Below are positions 16,736-28,669 of a DNA stretch of 32,000 bases, piece by piece. The stretch is from an uncultured Opitutales bacterium (GTDB lineage Bacteria; Verrucomicrobiota; Verrucomicrobiia; Opitutales; Intestinicryptomonadaceae): positions 60,001 through 92,000 of the forward strand of contig CAKUIA010000004.1 of assembly GCA_934660865.1 (NCBI GenBank), in the 5' to 3' direction. The notes under the pieces were generated by a model. That model was not told the origin of the DNA. It saw nothing but the letters and a program-made list of their open reading frames with translations, and did no database searches. Position 1 is the stretch's first letter; every line of letters begins with the position of its first letter. The position numbers were made by a program, and so were the translations under genes.

Positions 16736-18892
16736 TTACCTTGCAGCTTTCTTCGAAGCGCCTTCGACAACCTGCTTTAGAACTGCAGCCGGAACTTGTT
16801 CGAAGTGGCTCGGTTCCATAGAGTACGAAGCTCTGCCGCTGGAAAGCGAACGAACGTCTGTTGCATAACCGAACATGGTTTCCAAGGGAACGAAAGCGTC
16901 GATTGTGCAAACATTGCCTTTGGTTTCCATACCCTGAATCTGGCCACGACGGCGGTTTAAGTCGCCCATAATGTCGCCCTGGTATTCTTCGGGGGTTACA
17001 ACTTCAACCTTCATAACCGGTTCCAAGAGAATCGGCTTTGCCTTGGCCATAGCATCTTTAAATGCAAAGATACCCGCCATTTTAAACGCCATTTCCGAAG
17101 AGTCAACTTCGTGGAAAGAACCGAATACCAAGTGTACGTTAACGTCTACTACGGGATACCCTGCAATAACGCCGTTAAGCATAGCTTCTTTGATACCGTC
17201 TTCGGTGGGCTTGATGTATTCTTTGGGAATTACGCCGCCAACGATTTCGTTGAAGAAATGGTAGCCTTTGCCCTTTTCGGAAGGTTCGATTTTAATTTCG
17301 GCATGGCCGTATTGACCGCGACCACCGCTCTGACGAATGAATTTGCCAACGCCGTCGGCGGGGGCAGTGATTGTTTCGCGGTAGGCGATTTGGGGCTTGC
17401 CCGAATCGGCTTCAACCTTAAATTCTCTGAACAGACGGTCGCGGATAATGTCGAGGTGCAATTCGCCCATACCTGCGATAAGGGTTTGGCCTGTTTCCTG
17501 GTCGGTTTTTACAACGAAAGTCGGGTCTTCTTCCGACAACCTTGCCAAAGCCAACGAAAGTTTTTCCTGGTCGGCCTTCGATTTCGGTTCAATGCTCATT
17601 GCAATAACCGGATCGGGGAATGTCGGGGGTTCCAAACGAACTTCGTGGTCTCTGTCGCACAAAGTGTCGCCCGTGCTGATATCTTTTGCGCCGATGATTG
17701 CGCAGATAGAGCCCGAATATGCTTCTTCGAGGTCTACACGCTGGTCGGCCTTCATCAATACCAAGCGGGAAATACGTTCGGTTTTTCGTGTGCGCGGGTT
17801 GTAAAGAGTCATACCCTTCTTTATGCAGCCGCTGTATACACGGATAAATACCAATTTACCGATGAACGGGTCGCTCCACAATTTGAACGCCAAAGCTGTG
17901 GGAGCCGCAAAGTCGTCGGCAACAATTTCCTTCGAGGGAGCGTCTTCGTCTTCGTCGGAGAATGCCTTAATCGGAGGAACGTCCAAGGGGCTGGGCAGAT
18001 AGTCTACAACCGAGTCGAGCAACATCTGAACACCCTTGTTCTTGAATGCCGAGCCGGGAATTACGCCTACAAATTCGCGTGTCATTGTAGCTTTGCGAAC
18101 GCCAAGCCTCAATTCGTTGGCGGTAAAGTCTTCGCTGCCTTCAAGGAATTTTTCCATAATAGCGTCGTCGAAGTCTGCAATGCCTTCGATAAGACCGCGA
18201 CGGTATTCTTCGGCCTTTTCCTTGTATTCGGCGGGAATTTCTACAACATCGTACTTAACACCGTTGGGGTCGTTTTCGTCGTAGATATACGCCTTCATTT
18301 CGATGAGGTCTATCAAGCCCTTAAAGTCGGCTTCGGCGCCTATCGGCAAATACAACGGGTGGGGATTGCCCCTTAGCTTGTTCTTAATGTCTTCAACTGC
18401 ACCGTAGAAGTCTGCGCCCGTTCTGTCCATCTTGTTGATGAAAGCAATACGGGGAACATGGTATTTGTTCATCTGACGCCATACGGTTTCAGACTGGGGC
18501 TGTACGCCCGCAACCGAGCAAAATACCGCAACAGCACCGTCGAGAACACGCAACGAACGTTCTACTTCGGCGGTAAAGTCAACGTGTCCAGGAGTGTCGA
18601 TAAGGTTGATTTGGTGTTCGATACCCGCAAAAGGACCGTCTTTTGTTTTCCACGAGCAGGAAATAGCCGAGGAGGTAATTGTGATACCGCGTTCGCGTTC
18701 CTGTTCCATCCAGTCGGTTACTGCCGTACCTTCGTGAACTTCGCCGATTTTGTGAACTACGCCCGAGTAGAACAATATACGTTCCGAACATGTGGTTTTA
18801 CCCGCGTCGATGTGGGCGGATATACCGATGTTACGCGTATATTCCAAAGGCTTCGGCCTGTTGGGAGAATTTTTTTCTGATAAATTAGCCAT
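16736..18892 (-). CDS. fusA: elongation factor G
   Basis: 718 aa. G1 motif [21 protein letters not shown], and domain IV/V sequence. Lies downstream of rpsL-rpsG. Confidence 0.97.
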   Translation of the reverse strand: MANLSEKNSPNRPKPLEYTRNIGISAHIDAGKTTCSERILFYSGVVHKIGEVHEGTAVTDWMEQERERGITITSSAISCSWKTKDGPFAGIEHQINLIDTPGHVDFTAEVERSLRVLDGAVAVFCSVAGVQPQSETVWRQMNKYHVPRIAFINKMDRTGADFYGAVEDIKNKLRGNPHPLYLPIGAEADFKGLIDLIEMKAYIYDENDPNGVKYDVVEIPAEYKEKAEEYRRGLIEGIADFDDAIMEKFLEGSEDFTANELRLGVRKATMTREFVGVIPGSAFKNKGVQMLLDSVVDYLPSPLDVPPIKAFSDEDEDAPSKEIVADDFAAPTALAFKLWSDPFIGKLVFIRVYSGCIKKGMTLYNPRTRKTERISRLVLMKADQRVDLEEAYSGSICAIIGAKDISTGDTLCDRDHEVRLEPPTFPDPVIAMSIEPKSKADQEKLSLALARLSEEDPTFVVKTDQETGQTLIAGMGELHLDIIRDRLFREFKVEADSGKPQIAYRETITAPADGVGKFIRQSGGRGQYGHAEIKIEPSEKGKGYHFFNEIVGGVIPKEYIKPTEDGIKEAMLNGVIAGYPVVDVNVHLVFGSFHEVDSSEMAFKMAGIFAFKDAMAKAKPILLEPVMKVEVVTPEEYQGDIMGDLNRRRGQIQGMETKGNVCTIDAFVPLETMFGYATDVRSLSSGRASYSMEPSHFEQVPAAVLKQVVEGASKKAAR

Positions 18893-18914
18893 ATTATTAC
18901 AGGTCGTTTAGTTG

Positions 18915-19385
18915 TTACCAACGCAAGTGCGCAAAAGCCTTGTTCGCCTGCGCCATTTTGTGTACGTCTTCGCGCTTTTTAACAACCGTGCCCGTGTTGT
19001 TGTATGCGTCTACAATTTCCGAAGCCAAAGCGTCGGCCATGGGAAGCTTTTTGCCCTTTGCCGCGGCAATCAACCACCTGAAAGCCAAAGTTTGCTGGCG
19101 TTCGTAGGGGATTTCTACGGGAACTTGATATGTTGCGCCGCCAACTCTTCTGCTCTTAACTTCTACCTTGGGGCGAATGTTTTCGAGTGCGCCCAACATC
19201 AAATCGATGGGATCGCCCTTTTCGAGCTTTTCGCTAACTTTTTCGATAGCTCCATAAACGATACGTTCGGCGGTGGACTTTTTGCCCCTCTCCATAACCA
19301 TATTTATAAGGTGGCTAACCAATGTGCTCTTAAAACGAGAATCGGGAGTGCGTTCCCTTTTTACTGCTCTGTGTCTGCGTGACAT
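18915..19385 (-). CDS. rpsG: 30S ribosomal protein S7
   Basis: 156 aa. Canonical S7 sequence ending KAFAHLRW. Confidence 0.97.
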   Translation of the reverse strand: MSRRHRAVKRERTPDSRFKSTLVSHLINMVMERGKKSTAERIVYGAIEKVSEKLEKGDPIDLMLGALENIRPKVEVKSRRVGGATYQVPVEIPYERQQTLAFRWLIAAAKGKKLPMADALASEIVDAYNNTGTVVKKREDVHKMAQANKAFAHLRW

Positions 19386-19409
19386 TTTTTAATCCTTAGT
19401 TAAATTCAA

Positions 19410-19793
19410 TTATTTCTTGGCCGCCTTGGGACGCTTTACACCGTACTTCGAACGGCTGCGACGACGTTTTTCTACGCCGACTGCGTCGAGCGTACCGCGA
19501 ACAATGTGATAACGAACACCGGGCAAGTCTTTTACACGACCACCGCGCAAAAGAACAACGCTGTGTTCCTGCAAATTGTGACCTTCGTCGGGTATGTATG
19601 CGATTACTTCGTAACCCGTTGTTAAACGAACTTTCGCCACCTTACGAATAGCCGAATTAGGCTTTTTAGGTGTACGGGTCATAACCTGTACACATACGCC
19701 GCGGCGGAAAGGCGATTCTTTCAGCGCAGGCGCTTTGCTCTTGGCTTTTGCCAACGTACGTGGCTTGCGAACTAACTGATTTATTGTAGGCAT
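19410..19793 (-). CDS. rpsL: 30S ribosomal protein S12
   Basis: 127 aa. [12 protein letters not shown]...[17 protein letters not shown] is canonical S12. Confidence 0.97.
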   Translation of the reverse strand: MPTINQLVRKPRTLAKAKSKAPALKESPFRRGVCVQVMTRTPKKPNSAIRKVAKVRLTTGYEVIAYIPDEGHNLQEHSVVLLRGGRVKDLPGVRYHIVRGTLDAVGVEKRRRSRSKYGVKRPKAAKK

Positions 19794-19870
19794 ATTGTCT
19801 ATTTTATGGAATAAAGAATTTGTAAGTTATGTTTTATAACGCTTTTTGCAAGTATTATTTTCAATTTTTA

Positions 19871-19898
19871 ACAAAAAGTCGCAAGGGACATTCGCAAC
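19871..19898 (-). terminator. candidate intrinsic terminator/attenuator after rpoC
   Basis: Minus-strand 7-bp stem GUUGCGA/UUGCGAC (two G-U pairs) with a 7-nt loop, followed by UUUUUGUU, 35 nt after the rpoC stop. Confidence 0.5.
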
Positions 19899-19932
19899 TA
19901 AAGCCCCTCGCGGCGAAAATTTTTCGGTTATT

Positions 19933-22900
19933 TTACGAGTTTTCCTCTGTTTTTTCGGCTTCGGGTTGCTCGGTTTGGAAGTTTTCTTCTTCGTCGACCA
20001 ACGGCGTTACCGTAAGTTTGCGATAGGCCTGCAAGCCCGTACCTGCGGGTATGAGATTGCCCATTATCACGTTTTCCTTGAAACCTTCAAGTTTATCCAC
20101 CTTGCCCAATGTGGCGGCTTCGGTTAATACTCTTGTCGTTTCCTGGAAAGATGCCGCGCTTATAAAGCTTTCGGTTTCGAGGCTGGCCTTTGTTATACCG
20201 AGCAATATCGGTTCGCCTTCGGCGGGTTGACCGCCCGCATCTTCAATTCTGGCGTTTTCCGTTTCAAACTCGTATTTGTCGACCTGTTGACCCCAGAAAT
20301 AATCCGAGTCGCCCGGATCGGTTACCCTTACCTTGCGCAACATTCTTGAAATTATTACCTCTATGTGCTTGTCGTTAATTGTAACACCCTGTTTGCGGTA
20401 AACCTTTTGGATTTCCCTTAGCAGGTGTTCCTGTACGGCGACAGGCCCCATAATTTCGAGGATTTCGTTCGGGTCGGGGCTGCCTTCGGTAAGGAACTGG
20501 CCTTTTACAACCTTGTCGTCGGCTTGAACAATAATGTTCTTGCTGTGCGGAATAAGGTGTTCCTCTATAATGGGCTTGCCCGACTTGTCTTTCTTTTCCG
20601 ATTCGATAATTATTACCTTCTTGCCGCGGCGTGCATTGCCGAATCTTACAATGCCTTCCATTCTCGCCATTTCGGCGGCTTCCTTGGGGCGGCGCGCTTC
20701 GAACAACTCGGCAACTCTGGGCAAACCGCCCGTAATGTCCTGTGTTTTTGCAGCCTGACGCGGTGTTTTTGCAAGCATTACGCCGGGGCGAATTTGCGTG
20801 CCTTCGCTTACTACAACCTGGGCACCCGTGGGAACTGCAAACGAGGTTATGGGCTTGTCGGACTTGTCGAGAATTACTATTCTCGGGTTTAGGTCTTCCT
20901 TGTGGTCTATAACCGTTGTGGTAATTCTGTTCGAAGAAGAGTCCAGCGAGCGGCTTACCGTTACGCCTTCAATCATATCTTCGAATGCAATCTTACCGCC
21001 CTTGTCCGCCAAAATAGGCGTGCTGTGTTGGTCCCACTGGGCAAGTGTTTCGCCCTTTTCTATAATGTCGCCGTCGCTCTTTGTTAAAATAGAGCCCGCA
21101 ACTATATTGTATTCTTCAAGAACGTTGTCCGAGTCGTTTTCGTCCACAATCGAGATTTTACCCGTTTTGTTCAAAACAACATGCAAACCTTCCTTGATGT
21201 CTACAATATTAAGGTTTTCAAATTTCAATTTACCGCGAACTTTCACGATAATTTCGGGCATCTTTGTCGAAGCCGAAGCAATACCGCCAACGTGGAAAGT
21301 TCTCATTGTAAGCTGTGTGCCCGGTTCGCCGATAGACTGCGCGGCTATGATACCGACAGCCGTGCCCTTTTCCACCAGCTTTTGGGTAGACGGGTCTACA
21401 CCGTATGCCTTTGCGGGAATTGCATTGCGCTTTAAGTGCGTAAGCGGGCTCATTACCTTTACCTTTTCGACACCGCTGTTTACAATCTTGTTTGCCATGT
21501 CTTCGGTAATCAATTCGCCGGCTTTGGCCAAGATTTCGTCGGGTTTGAAGGGGTTGGCAACGTCTACGGCGGCGCACCTGCCTATGATACGGTCTACAAG
21601 GGGCACAATTTCGTCGTCGCCGTCGTATATTGCCTCTTTTGTTACGCCAATGCCCGTGTTTTGTACGTCGTCGTCGGTAATGATTACGTCCATTGCAACG
21701 TCGCAAAGCTTACGGGTCATATAACCTGCGTCTGCAGTTTTAAGAGCGGTATCGGCCAAACCTTTACGCGCACCGTGCGAAGAAATAAAGTATTCCAAAA
21801 CGCTCAAGCCTTCGCGGAAGCACGAAAGAATAGGTCTTTCGATAATTTCGCCGTTGGGCTTAGCCATAAGACCACGGGCACCGCAAAGCTGACGAACCTG
21901 CGCTTTATTACCTCTGGCGCCCGAATCCATCAAAACGTAAACGGGGTTTATGTATTGGCGGCCGTTAATCTTTTCGTGCGGTCTCGACAAGTTTGCAAAT
22001 GCGGCCTTACCGATATCGTCGGAGGCAACATTCCAAATATCCTTAACCTTTTGCGAGCGTTCGCCCTTTGTAATTTTACCCTTTAAGTATTCCTTTTCGA
22101 TGTTGTCGATTTCGGCGCGGGCTTTCTTTATGATTGTGGGCTTTTCGGGCGGCATGTCCATGTCGCCGATACCGATGGAAATACCCGCTTCGGTAGATGT
22201 TCTAAAGCCCAAAGCTTTCAATGCGTCTAGGTACTTCGAAGAGTCGCGCTTGCCCTTAATCTTAAAGGTATTCAAAATAAGGTCGCCCAATTTGCCTTTG
22301 GGAACGCAGAAGTTTATAAAGCCCAATTCGGCCGGCCAAATTCTGGAGAACAATACGCGACCAACCGTTGTGCGGATAATTTTTTGGTCTTTTTTGCCGT
22401 AGATTGTGTCTTTGCCGTAGTCGGGGTTTACATAGTCAATCCAGTCGTGCCAGTGAATCATACCTTCGGAGTGGGCATATTCCACTTCGTGGTCGTTCGA
22501 AAACAGGCAAACGTGTTCGCCCTTTGCGGGTTTCCAAGAGGGTTCGTAGGTAATGTAGTACGCACCCAAAACGATGTCCTGCGAAGGTGTCAAAATAGGC
22601 TTACCGGACGAAGGCGAGAACACGTTGTTGCTTGCCAACATCAAAAGTTTTGCCTCCATAATGGCCTCCAGCGAGAGGGGAACGTGAACCGCCATTTGGT
22701 CGCCGTCGAAGTCGGCATTGTATGCCGCGCAAACCAAGGGGTGCAAACGAATTGCGCTGCCTTCGATAAGCACGGGCTCGAAAGCCTGAATGGAAAGTCT
22801 GTGAAGGGTCGGAGCTCTGTTGAGCATTACGGGGTGCCCTTCGGTTACTTCCTCCAAAATATCCCAAACTTCGGGCGAGCGTTTTTCTATCATCTTGCGC

Positions 22901-24102
22901 GCCGAGCGAACCGTATGAACAAAACCCAATTCCTTTAGGCGGCGGATAATGAAAGGTTCGAACAAAGTAAGAGCCATTTTCTTGGGCAAACCGCACTGGT
23001 ACAACTTAAGTTCGGGGCCGATAACGATAACCGAACGGCCGGAATAGTCTACACGCTTACCCAACAAGTTTTGACGGAAACGACCCTGCTTGCCCTTGAG
23101 CATATCCGAAATACTCTTTAAGGGTCTGTTGCCTGCGCCCGTTACCGCGCGGCCGTGGCGGCCGTTGTCGAAGAGGGCGTCGACGGATTCCTGCAACATT
23201 CTCTTTTCGTTATGAATGATAACGTCGGGCGTCTTCATGGCCATAAGGCTCTTTAGACGGTTGTTGCGGTTAATTACGCGCCTGTACAGGTCGTTTAAGT
23301 CGGAAGTTGCAAACCTGCCGCCTTCCAAGGGAACTAGGGGGCGCAAGTCGGGCGGAATTACGGGCAATACCTTAAGCACCATCCATTCGGGACGCGCATT
23401 GCTTTGTATAAAGCCCTGAATAAGTTTTAGCCTTTTTGCCAAGCGCTTTTTGATTTGCTTGGAGCGTGTAGAGCGCATTTGCTCTTCAAGCTCGGCCGCC
23501 ATTTTGTCGAGGTCTATTTCCTCGAGCAATGTGCGGATTGCCTCTGCGCCCATTTCGGCCTTAAAGGAATCGTCGCCAAAGTCGTCTATCGCCTTTTGAT
23601 AGTCCTCTTCCGAAAGCAGCTGCATTTTTTTCAACGAAGTCTGCATCGGGTCTATTACGATGTATTTTTCGTAGTAGATTACGCTTTCGAGCGCTTTGGA
23701 CGTCATATCCAAAACCAAGCCCAAGCGGCTGGGCATGCTCTTTAAAAACCATATGTGCGAAACTGGAACGGCCAATTCGATGTGGCCCATTCTTTCGCGG
23801 CGAACCCTGGATGTTGTAACTTCAACACCGCACCTTTCGCAAACTTGGTCCTTATACCTAATGCGCTTATATTTGCCGCAGGCGCATTCGTAGTCGCGCA
23901 CGGGTCCGAAAATCTTTTGGCAGAACAAACCGCCCGGTTCGGGCTTGAATGTGCGGTAATTGATTGTTTCGGGATTTTTAACCTCGCCCCTCGACCACGA
24001 AATTATCGTTTCGGGCGAAGCCAAGGCTATTGAAACGCTGTCGAAGCCGTTTGTATTGTCAAATCCGAGAACTTCTCTTACTTGTTGTTTATTGTCTTCC
24101 AT
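19933..24102 (-). CDS. rpoC: DNA-directed RNA polymerase subunit beta'
   Basis: 1389 aa. Zn-binding CxC..CxxC region near the N-terminus, catalytic NADFDGD, and the trigger-loop and bridge-helix regions. Confidence 0.98.
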   Translation of the reverse strand: MEDNKQQVREVLGFDNTNGFDSVSIALASPETIISWSRGEVKNPETINYRTFKPEPGGLFCQKIFGPVRDYECACGKYKRIRYKDQVCERCGVEVTTSRVRRERMGHIELAVPVSHIWFLKSMPSRLGLVLDMTSKALESVIYYEKYIVIDPMQTSLKKMQLLSEEDYQKAIDDFGDDSFKAEMGAEAIRTLLEEIDLDKMAAELEEQMRSTRSKQIKKRLAKRLKLIQGFIQSNARPEWMVLKVLPVIPPDLRPLVPLEGGRFATSDLNDLYRRVINRNNRLKSLMAMKTPDVIIHNEKRMLQESVDALFDNGRHGRAVTGAGNRPLKSISDMLKGKQGRFRQNLLGKRVDYSGRSVIVIGPELKLYQCGLPKKMALTLFEPFIIRRLKELGFVHTVRSARKMIEKRSPEVWDILEEVTEGHPVMLNRAPTLHRLSIQAFEPVLIEGSAIRLHPLVCAAYNADFDGDQMAVHVPLSLEAIMEAKLLMLASNNVFSPSSGKPILTPSQDIVLGAYYITYEPSWKPAKGEHVCLFSNDHEVEYAHSEGMIHWHDWIDYVNPDYGKDTIYGKKDQKIIRTTVGRVLFSRIWPAELGFINFCVPKGKLGDLILNTFKIKGKRDSSKYLDALKALGFRTSTEAGISIGIGDMDMPPEKPTIIKKARAEIDNIEKEYLKGKITKGERSQKVKDIWNVASDDIGKAAFANLSRPHEKINGRQYINPVYVLMDSGARGNKAQVRQLCGARGLMAKPNGEIIERPILSCFREGLSVLEYFISSHGARKGLADTALKTADAGYMTRKLCDVAMDVIITDDDVQNTGIGVTKEAIYDGDDEIVPLVDRIIGRCAAVDVANPFKPDEILAKAGELITEDMANKIVNSGVEKVKVMSPLTHLKRNAIPAKAYGVDPSTQKLVEKGTAVGIIAAQSIGEPGTQLTMRTFHVGGIASASTKMPEIIVKVRGKLKFENLNIVDIKEGLHVVLNKTGKISIVDENDSDNVLEEYNIVAGSILTKSDGDIIEKGETLAQWDQHSTPILADKGGKIAFEDMIEGVTVSRSLDSSSNRITTTVIDHKEDLNPRIVILDKSDKPITSFAVPTGAQVVVSEGTQIRPGVMLAKTPRQAAKTQDITGGLPRVAELFEARRPKEAAEMARMEGIVRFGNARRGKKVIIIESEKKDKSGKPIIEEHLIPHSKNIIVQADDKVVKGQFLTEGSPDPNEILEIMGPVAVQEHLLREIQKVYRKQGVTINDKHIEVIISRMLRKVRVTDPGDSDYFWGQQVDKYEFETENARIEDAGGQPAEGEPILLGITKASLETESFISAASFQETTRVLTEAATLGKVDKLEGFKENVIMGNLIPAGTGLQAYRKLTVTPLVDEEENFQTEQPEAEKTEENS

Positions 24103-24131
24103 CGGAAAATTCCTTTTTGTATGCTGTTAGC

Positions 24132-27100
24132 CTATTCTTCGGTAGCGTCGCTGCTGTTGACTTTAACGTTCAAGCACAAGCTTTGCATTTCCTTCATCAA
24201 AACGTTGAAGGATTGCGGAACGCCGGCCTGCAGCGAATTGTCGCCCTTAACAAGCTGTTCGTAAATCTTGGTTCTGCCCTGAACGTCGTCGCTCTTTACG
24301 GTGAGCAATTCCTGCAAGGTATAGGCGGCGCCATACGCTTCGAGAGCCCAAACTTCCATTTCGCCGAACCTTTGGCCGCCGTATTGGGCCTTGCCGCCCA
24401 AGGGCTGCTGGGTTATAAGGCTGTAGGGGCCTACCGCACGGGCGTGAATCTTGTCGGCAACCAAGTGGTTTAGCTTCATCATGTAGATGTAGCCAACAAC
24501 AACGTCCTGGTCCATATAGTCGCCCGTAAGACCGTCTATTAGGCGGCATTTGCCGCTTGCGGGAAAGTCGGATTTAACGAGGTAGTCGCGTATATCATGT
24601 TCGCTAATACCGTCGAAAATCGGAGTGGCAACCTTAAAGCCAAGCTTTTTGCAAGCCCAACCCAAGTGGGTTTCGAGAACCTGACCGACATTCATTCGGC
24701 TGGGAACGCCCATGGGGTTTAGACAGATTTCTACGGGAGTGCCGTCTTCCATATAGGGCATATCCTCTTCGGGAACTATGCGGGCAACAATACCTTTGTT
24801 GCCGTGGCGGCCCGCCATCTTGTCGCCAACTTGAATCTTGCGCTTGGCGGCAATGTAAATCTTTACATTCTTGATTGTGCTTTGGGTTTCGCCTTCGCCG
24901 CTTTCGAGAATGTCCTTCTTGCGTGCGGTTTCGTTTTCAACTTCGGCAAATTTAAGCTGATAGTTGTCGATTATTTCCATAATCTTGTTGCGAACCGGCG
25001 AAGGGTCTATTTCGATGTTCTTCGAAATTGCCGACAACCTGCGCAAAAGCGTTTTTGTGATTTTGCGGTTTGCGGGAATTATAACTTCCTTAGTTTCGCT
25101 GTTGCGAACGTCCAAGGGGATTTTTTCGCCCAAAAGCACGTTCGACAAAGCTTCGGTTAGTTCGTCCTTTAGTTTGTCGAGCTGGGCTTTCGATTCTTCG
25201 TTGATTTTGCGAATCTGGCGCTTTGTGTCGCTGGGGCTTAATTTTTCGGTTTCCTTATCGACGCGGGTGGAAACCTTAACGTCCATAATAATACCTTCGG
25301 TACCCGAGGGAACTTTTAGGGAAGTGTCTTTAACGTCGGCAGCCTTTTCGCCGAATATTGCCCTAAGCAATTTTTCTTCGGGGGCCAATTCCGTTTCGCT
25401 TTTGGGAGTAATTTTACCCACCAAAATGTCGCCGGCCTTAACTTCGGCACCGACTCTTATTACGCCGTTGCGGTCGAGGTTTTTAAGGGCTTCGTCGCCA
25501 ACATTGGGAATGTCTCGCGTAATTTCTTCGGGCCCGAGCTTTGTGTCCCTTGCGGTAGCTTCGAACACTTCAATGTGAATCGAGGTAAATACGTCGTTTT
25601 TAATCAGCTTTTCCGACAGCAAAATAGCGTCTTCAAAGTTGTAGCCGTTCCACGGCATGAAAGCTACCAAAACGTTCTTACCCAAAGCCAATTCGCCGCC
25701 CTGAGTGCTTGCGCCGTCGGCTAGCAAGTCGCCTTTCTTTACAAGGGCGCCCTTCTTTACAACGGGCTTTTGGTTAAAGCATGTTGCGTTGTTCGAGCGA
25801 ATGAACTTGCGCAAATTGTATACATAAACTCCCTTGTCGGCGTCGGTCTTGTATGTGCCGTCTACCTTCTTGGGCATTTGGCCGTCGGGGGTAACGATAA
25901 TGCGAATTGCGTCTACACTGGCAACTTTGCCCGCCGACTCCGAAAGAACAACCGTTCTCGAGTCGCGCGCAACCGCGCCTTCTATGCCCGTTCCCACAAA
26001 GGGAGATTCGGTCGTCAACAAAGGCACGCCCTGACGTTGCATGTTCGAACCCATCAAGGCACGGTTTGCGTCGTCGTGTTCCAGGAAGGGTATAAGACCC
26101 GTTGCAACCGAAACCAACTGCTTGGGGCTTACGTCCATATAGTCGATGTCTTCGGGCAGGGCTTCGTAGATTTCGTCGCGCTTTCTTACAACGCACTTGC
26201 CAACCAATTTTCCGTCTTTAATTTCGGAATTTGCCTGGGCTATGATTTTGCCCTCTTCCTGGTCGGCCGTTAAATATACTATTTTGCCGGTTACTTTGCC
26301 CTTAACGATTTCCCTGTAGGGAGTTTCTATAAAGCCGAATTCGTTGATTTTGGCATAGCTTGCCAACGAGTTAATCAAACCGATATTCGGGCCTTCGGGA
26401 GTTTCAATCGGGCAGATTCTGCCGTAGTGCGAATAGTGAACGTCTCGAACTTCGAAGCCCGCTCTTTCGCGGCTTAAGCCGCCCTGACCCAAAGCCGAGA
26501 GCCTTCTTTTGTGCGTAAGCTCGGAAAGGGGATTGATTTGGTCCATAAACTGCGACAACTGGTTGCGCGCAAAAAATTCGCGCACCATTGCGGTCATAGA
26601 CTTTGTGTTCATCAATTTGCCGGGGGTTAGGTTTTCGGTGTTTTGCTCCGAAGCGCTCATGTGCTCTCTAACCTGCTTTTCGGTGCGCGCCAAACCCATT
26701 CTGCACTGGTTTGCCAAAAGCTCGCCAACTGTGCGTATGCGGCGGCTGCCCAAGTGGTCTATATCGTCTATATAGCCTTCGCCCTTGCGCAGTTTCGAAA
26801 GGTATTTTGTGCCTTCAACAATGTCTTCTATTGTTATAACCCTTGTTTCGAGGGGAGTTTTAAGACCCAATTTCTGGTTAATCTTAAAGCGGCCAACCCT
26901 GCCCAAATCGTAGCGTTTCGGGTCTTGCAAAGTGCGGCGCAACAAAGCGCGTGCGTTTGCAACATTCACCGGTTCGCCGGGGCGCAACTGTTTGTAAATT
27001 GTCTTTAATGCTTCCTCTTCGTTCTTTGCGGGGTCTTTTTTGATTGCCCTTACAATAACGCCGTCGTCTACGGTGGTATCTATTACCTTAAATTCTGTAA

Positions 27101-27908
27101 TGCCCGCCTTTTTAAAGTCCATAATGGCGGTTTTTGTAAGGGTTTCGTATTGCTTAAGCAACACTTTGCCCTTGCCCTGACTGTCGGGGTCGGTTACCGC
27201 TTCGGCCAAAACATAGTTGGAAACATTTTCCATCTTTTCGGCCTTCTTTGTGGTCATATCCTGAACGTCGTAGAACAATTCTATAATCTCGCCGTTCGAG
27301 CTTTTGCCCATTGCGCGCAACAAAGTTGTTATCAAAAACTTTCTGCGGCGGCGGCGGCGGTCTATATAAACGTACAACAAGTCGTTTTGGTCGAACTGAA
27401 CTTCAACCCAAGTACCCCTGTCGGGTATCAATCTGAAAGAAAATAGCGTTTTGCCCGAAGAGTGCAAAGTTTCTTCGTAGCATATGCCGGGACTGCGGTG
27501 CAACTGGCTTACAACAACGCGTTCGGCGCCGTTTACAACAAACGACCCGCGCGAAGTCATCATATTAAGCTCGCCCATGTAAAGCTCTTCGTCGCGCGTA
27601 TTATCGCCTTCTGTCAACCTCAAAGTAAGATATAAAGAAACCGAATAGGTAAGGCCTTCCTTAATACATTCGTCTTCCGAGTGTTTTGGCCCGTCGAAAC
27701 GGTAGGAAACGTACTCTAATTTAATCTTTTCGTCATAGCTTGTTATGGGGAATATTTCGCTAAATACCGCATGAAGCCCCACCAATGCCCTCTTATTGGG
27801 CGCAACGTCTTTCTGCAAAAATTCCGCATAGGAATTCAGCTGGTTTTCAATAAGGTTAGGCAACCCTATTACCTCTTGCAACTTACCAAAGTTTCTTCGC
27901 TCTGACAT
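24132..27908 (-). CDS. rpoB: DNA-directed RNA polymerase subunit beta
   Basis: 1258 aa. Rif-cluster region FFARNQLSQFMDQINPLSELTHKRRLSALG and C-terminal GGQRFGEMEVWALEAYGAA. Confidence 0.98.
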   Translation of the reverse strand: MSERRNFGKLQEVIGLPNLIENQLNSYAEFLQKDVAPNKRALVGLHAVFSEIFPITSYDEKIKLEYVSYRFDGPKHSEDECIKEGLTYSVSLYLTLRLTEGDNTRDEELYMGELNMMTSRGSFVVNGAERVVVSQLHRSPGICYEETLHSSGKTLFSFRLIPDRGTWVEVQFDQNDLLYVYIDRRRRRRKFLITTLLRAMGKSSNGEIIELFYDVQDMTTKKAEKMENVSNYVLAEAVTDPDSQGKGKVLLKQYETLTKTAIMDFKKAGITEFKVIDTTVDDGVIVRAIKKDPAKNEEEALKTIYKQLRPGEPVNVANARALLRRTLQDPKRYDLGRVGRFKINQKLGLKTPLETRVITIEDIVEGTKYLSKLRKGEGYIDDIDHLGSRRIRTVGELLANQCRMGLARTEKQVREHMSASEQNTENLTPGKLMNTKSMTAMVREFFARNQLSQFMDQINPLSELTHKRRLSALGQGGLSRERAGFEVRDVHYSHYGRICPIETPEGPNIGLINSLASYAKINEFGFIETPYREIVKGKVTGKIVYLTADQEEGKIIAQANSEIKDGKLVGKCVVRKRDEIYEALPEDIDYMDVSPKQLVSVATGLIPFLEHDDANRALMGSNMQRQGVPLLTTESPFVGTGIEGAVARDSRTVVLSESAGKVASVDAIRIIVTPDGQMPKKVDGTYKTDADKGVYVYNLRKFIRSNNATCFNQKPVVKKGALVKKGDLLADGASTQGGELALGKNVLVAFMPWNGYNFEDAILLSEKLIKNDVFTSIHIEVFEATARDTKLGPEEITRDIPNVGDEALKNLDRNGVIRVGAEVKAGDILVGKITPKSETELAPEEKLLRAIFGEKAADVKDTSLKVPSGTEGIIMDVKVSTRVDKETEKLSPSDTKRQIRKINEESKAQLDKLKDELTEALSNVLLGEKIPLDVRNSETKEVIIPANRKITKTLLRRLSAISKNIEIDPSPVRNKIMEIIDNYQLKFAEVENETARKKDILESGEGETQSTIKNVKIYIAAKRKIQVGDKMAGRHGNKGIVARIVPEEDMPYMEDGTPVEICLNPMGVPSRMNVGQVLETHLGWACKKLGFKVATPIFDGISEHDIRDYLVKSDFPASGKCRLIDGLTGDYMDQDVVVGYIYMMKLNHLVADKIHARAVGPYSLITQQPLGGKAQYGGQRFGEMEVWALEAYGAAYTLQELLTVKSDDVQGRTKIYEQLVKGDNSLQAGVPQSFNVLMKEMQSLCLNVKVNSSDATEE

Positions 27909-28013
27909 ATATTTATGATTTTGTATGGTGAATTTATTTTACTTGCCCAATTTTTCAACCTGCAAGTCGCTTCGATTTTCCGCTAAAAAATTTTAAAATC
28001 GCCGCTATTTTAA

Positions 28014-28054
28014 TAAAAAGGGCAAGCAAAGCCTCTATTTTAGGGGCTTTGCCT
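28014..28054 (-). terminator. candidate rplL-rpoB attenuator hairpin
   Basis: Minus-strand stem AGGCAAAGCC/GGCUUUGCUU (about 10 bp including one G-U), then GCCC and UUUUUAUU. It sits in the 183-nt rplL-rpoB spacer, where a partial terminator is known in E. coli. Confidence 0.45.
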
Positions 28055-28091
28055 ATCCGTAAATTAGCTTAAAAGTTGATAATCAAGTTAA

Positions 28092-28469
28092 TTACTTAAT
28101 TTCAACTGTTGCGCCTGCTGCAGTCAATTTCTTTTCGATTTCGGCTGCTTCGTCCTTAGTTACGCCTTCTTTTACAGGCTTGGGAGCGCCGTCAACCAAT
28201 TCCTTGGCTTCTTTCAAGCCGAGGCCGGTTATGCCGCGAACTTCTTTAATAACGGCAATCTTGTTTGCGCCAGCAGCTTTGAGAACTACTGTGAATTCGG
28301 TTTTTTCTTCAGCTGCGGGAGCTGCGCCGCCTGCTACTGCTACTGCAGCAACGGGAGCCGATGCTGTTACGCCCCATTTTTCTTCGAGTTCTTTTACCAA
28401 AGCAGCTGCTTCGAGAACTGTCAAGCCGCTGAGGAATTCTATTACTTGTTCTTTTGTTACTTCTGCCAT
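28092..28469 (-). CDS. rplL: 50S ribosomal protein L7/L12
   Basis: 125 aa. N-terminal dimerisation helix, Ala/Pro-rich hinge, and C-terminal domain [31 protein letters not shown] 9 nt upstream. Confidence 0.97.
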   Translation of the reverse strand: MAEVTKEQVIEFLSGLTVLEAAALVKELEEKWGVTASAPVAAVAVAGGAAPAAEEKTEFTVVLKAAGANKIAVIKEVRGITGLGLKEAKELVDGAPKPVKEGVTKDEAAEIEKKLTAAGATVEIK

Positions 28470-28488
28470 TTTATTTATCTCCTTTGAA

Positions 28489-28537
28489 CGCTTAGTACCC
28501 TTTCGGGTGTTTAAGGAACATTTGCGTTCCCTAAGCT
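28489..28537 (-). promoter_or_regulatory. candidate Y-shaped RNA element immediately upstream of the rplL ribosome-binding site
   Basis: On the minus-strand RNA: outer GCUUAG/CUAAGC enclosing GGAAC-GCAAAU-GUUCC and ACCC-GAAA-GGGU (GNRA loop). The alternative pairing UUAGGGAAC/GUUCCUUAA is also possible. The element ends about 8 nt before the AAGGAG SD. Confidence 0.3.
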
Positions 28538-28618
28538 TATTCTTTAGTTGTTTTTTTTGACATTCCCTACGGCGTTTTTGCCTTCGGGAAATAAAATTTT
28601 TTGTTTTTTGTTTTTAAA

Positions 28619-28662
28619 GCCCGCAATTTTTAAGTGCAAAAAACTGCGGGCGAATTATCGCC
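28619..28662 (-). promoter_or_regulatory. long hairpin and overlapping small hairpin just after the rplJ stop
   Basis: Minus-strand 13-bp stem GCCCGCAGUUUUU/AAAAAUUGCGGGC (one G-U) with a 7-nt loop, followed only by UUU. It overlaps by 3 nt with hairpin GGCGA-UAAU-UCGCC (28649-28662), so the two exclude each other. Confidence 0.35.
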
Positions 28663-28669
28663 AGTGTAA

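Noticed and set aside
17111-18376. A 421-aa ORF on the plus strand, antisense to fusA.
   Set aside because: It lies entirely inside the highly conserved EF-G gene. Its composition is low-complexity (V/F/A/N/G-rich), typical of the mirror frame of a highly expressed gene, and I recognise no domain in it.
19794-19870. A sigma70 promoter for the rpsL-rpsG-fusA-rpsJ unit in the rpoC-rpsL spacer.
   Set aside because: Several TTGxxx hexamers are present (TTGAAA, TTGCAA). None has a convincing -10 at 16-18 nt spacing, and read-through from rpoC cannot be excluded. It is not reported as a feature.
20798-21724. A 308-aa plus-strand ORF antisense to rpoC. Similar ORFs lie at 21436-22086, 22384-22938 and 24964-25578, antisense to rpoC and rpoB.
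   Set aside because: These are shadow ORFs within strongly supported RNA polymerase genes. They have biased Ser/Ile/Phe or Val/Phe/Asn composition and no start context.
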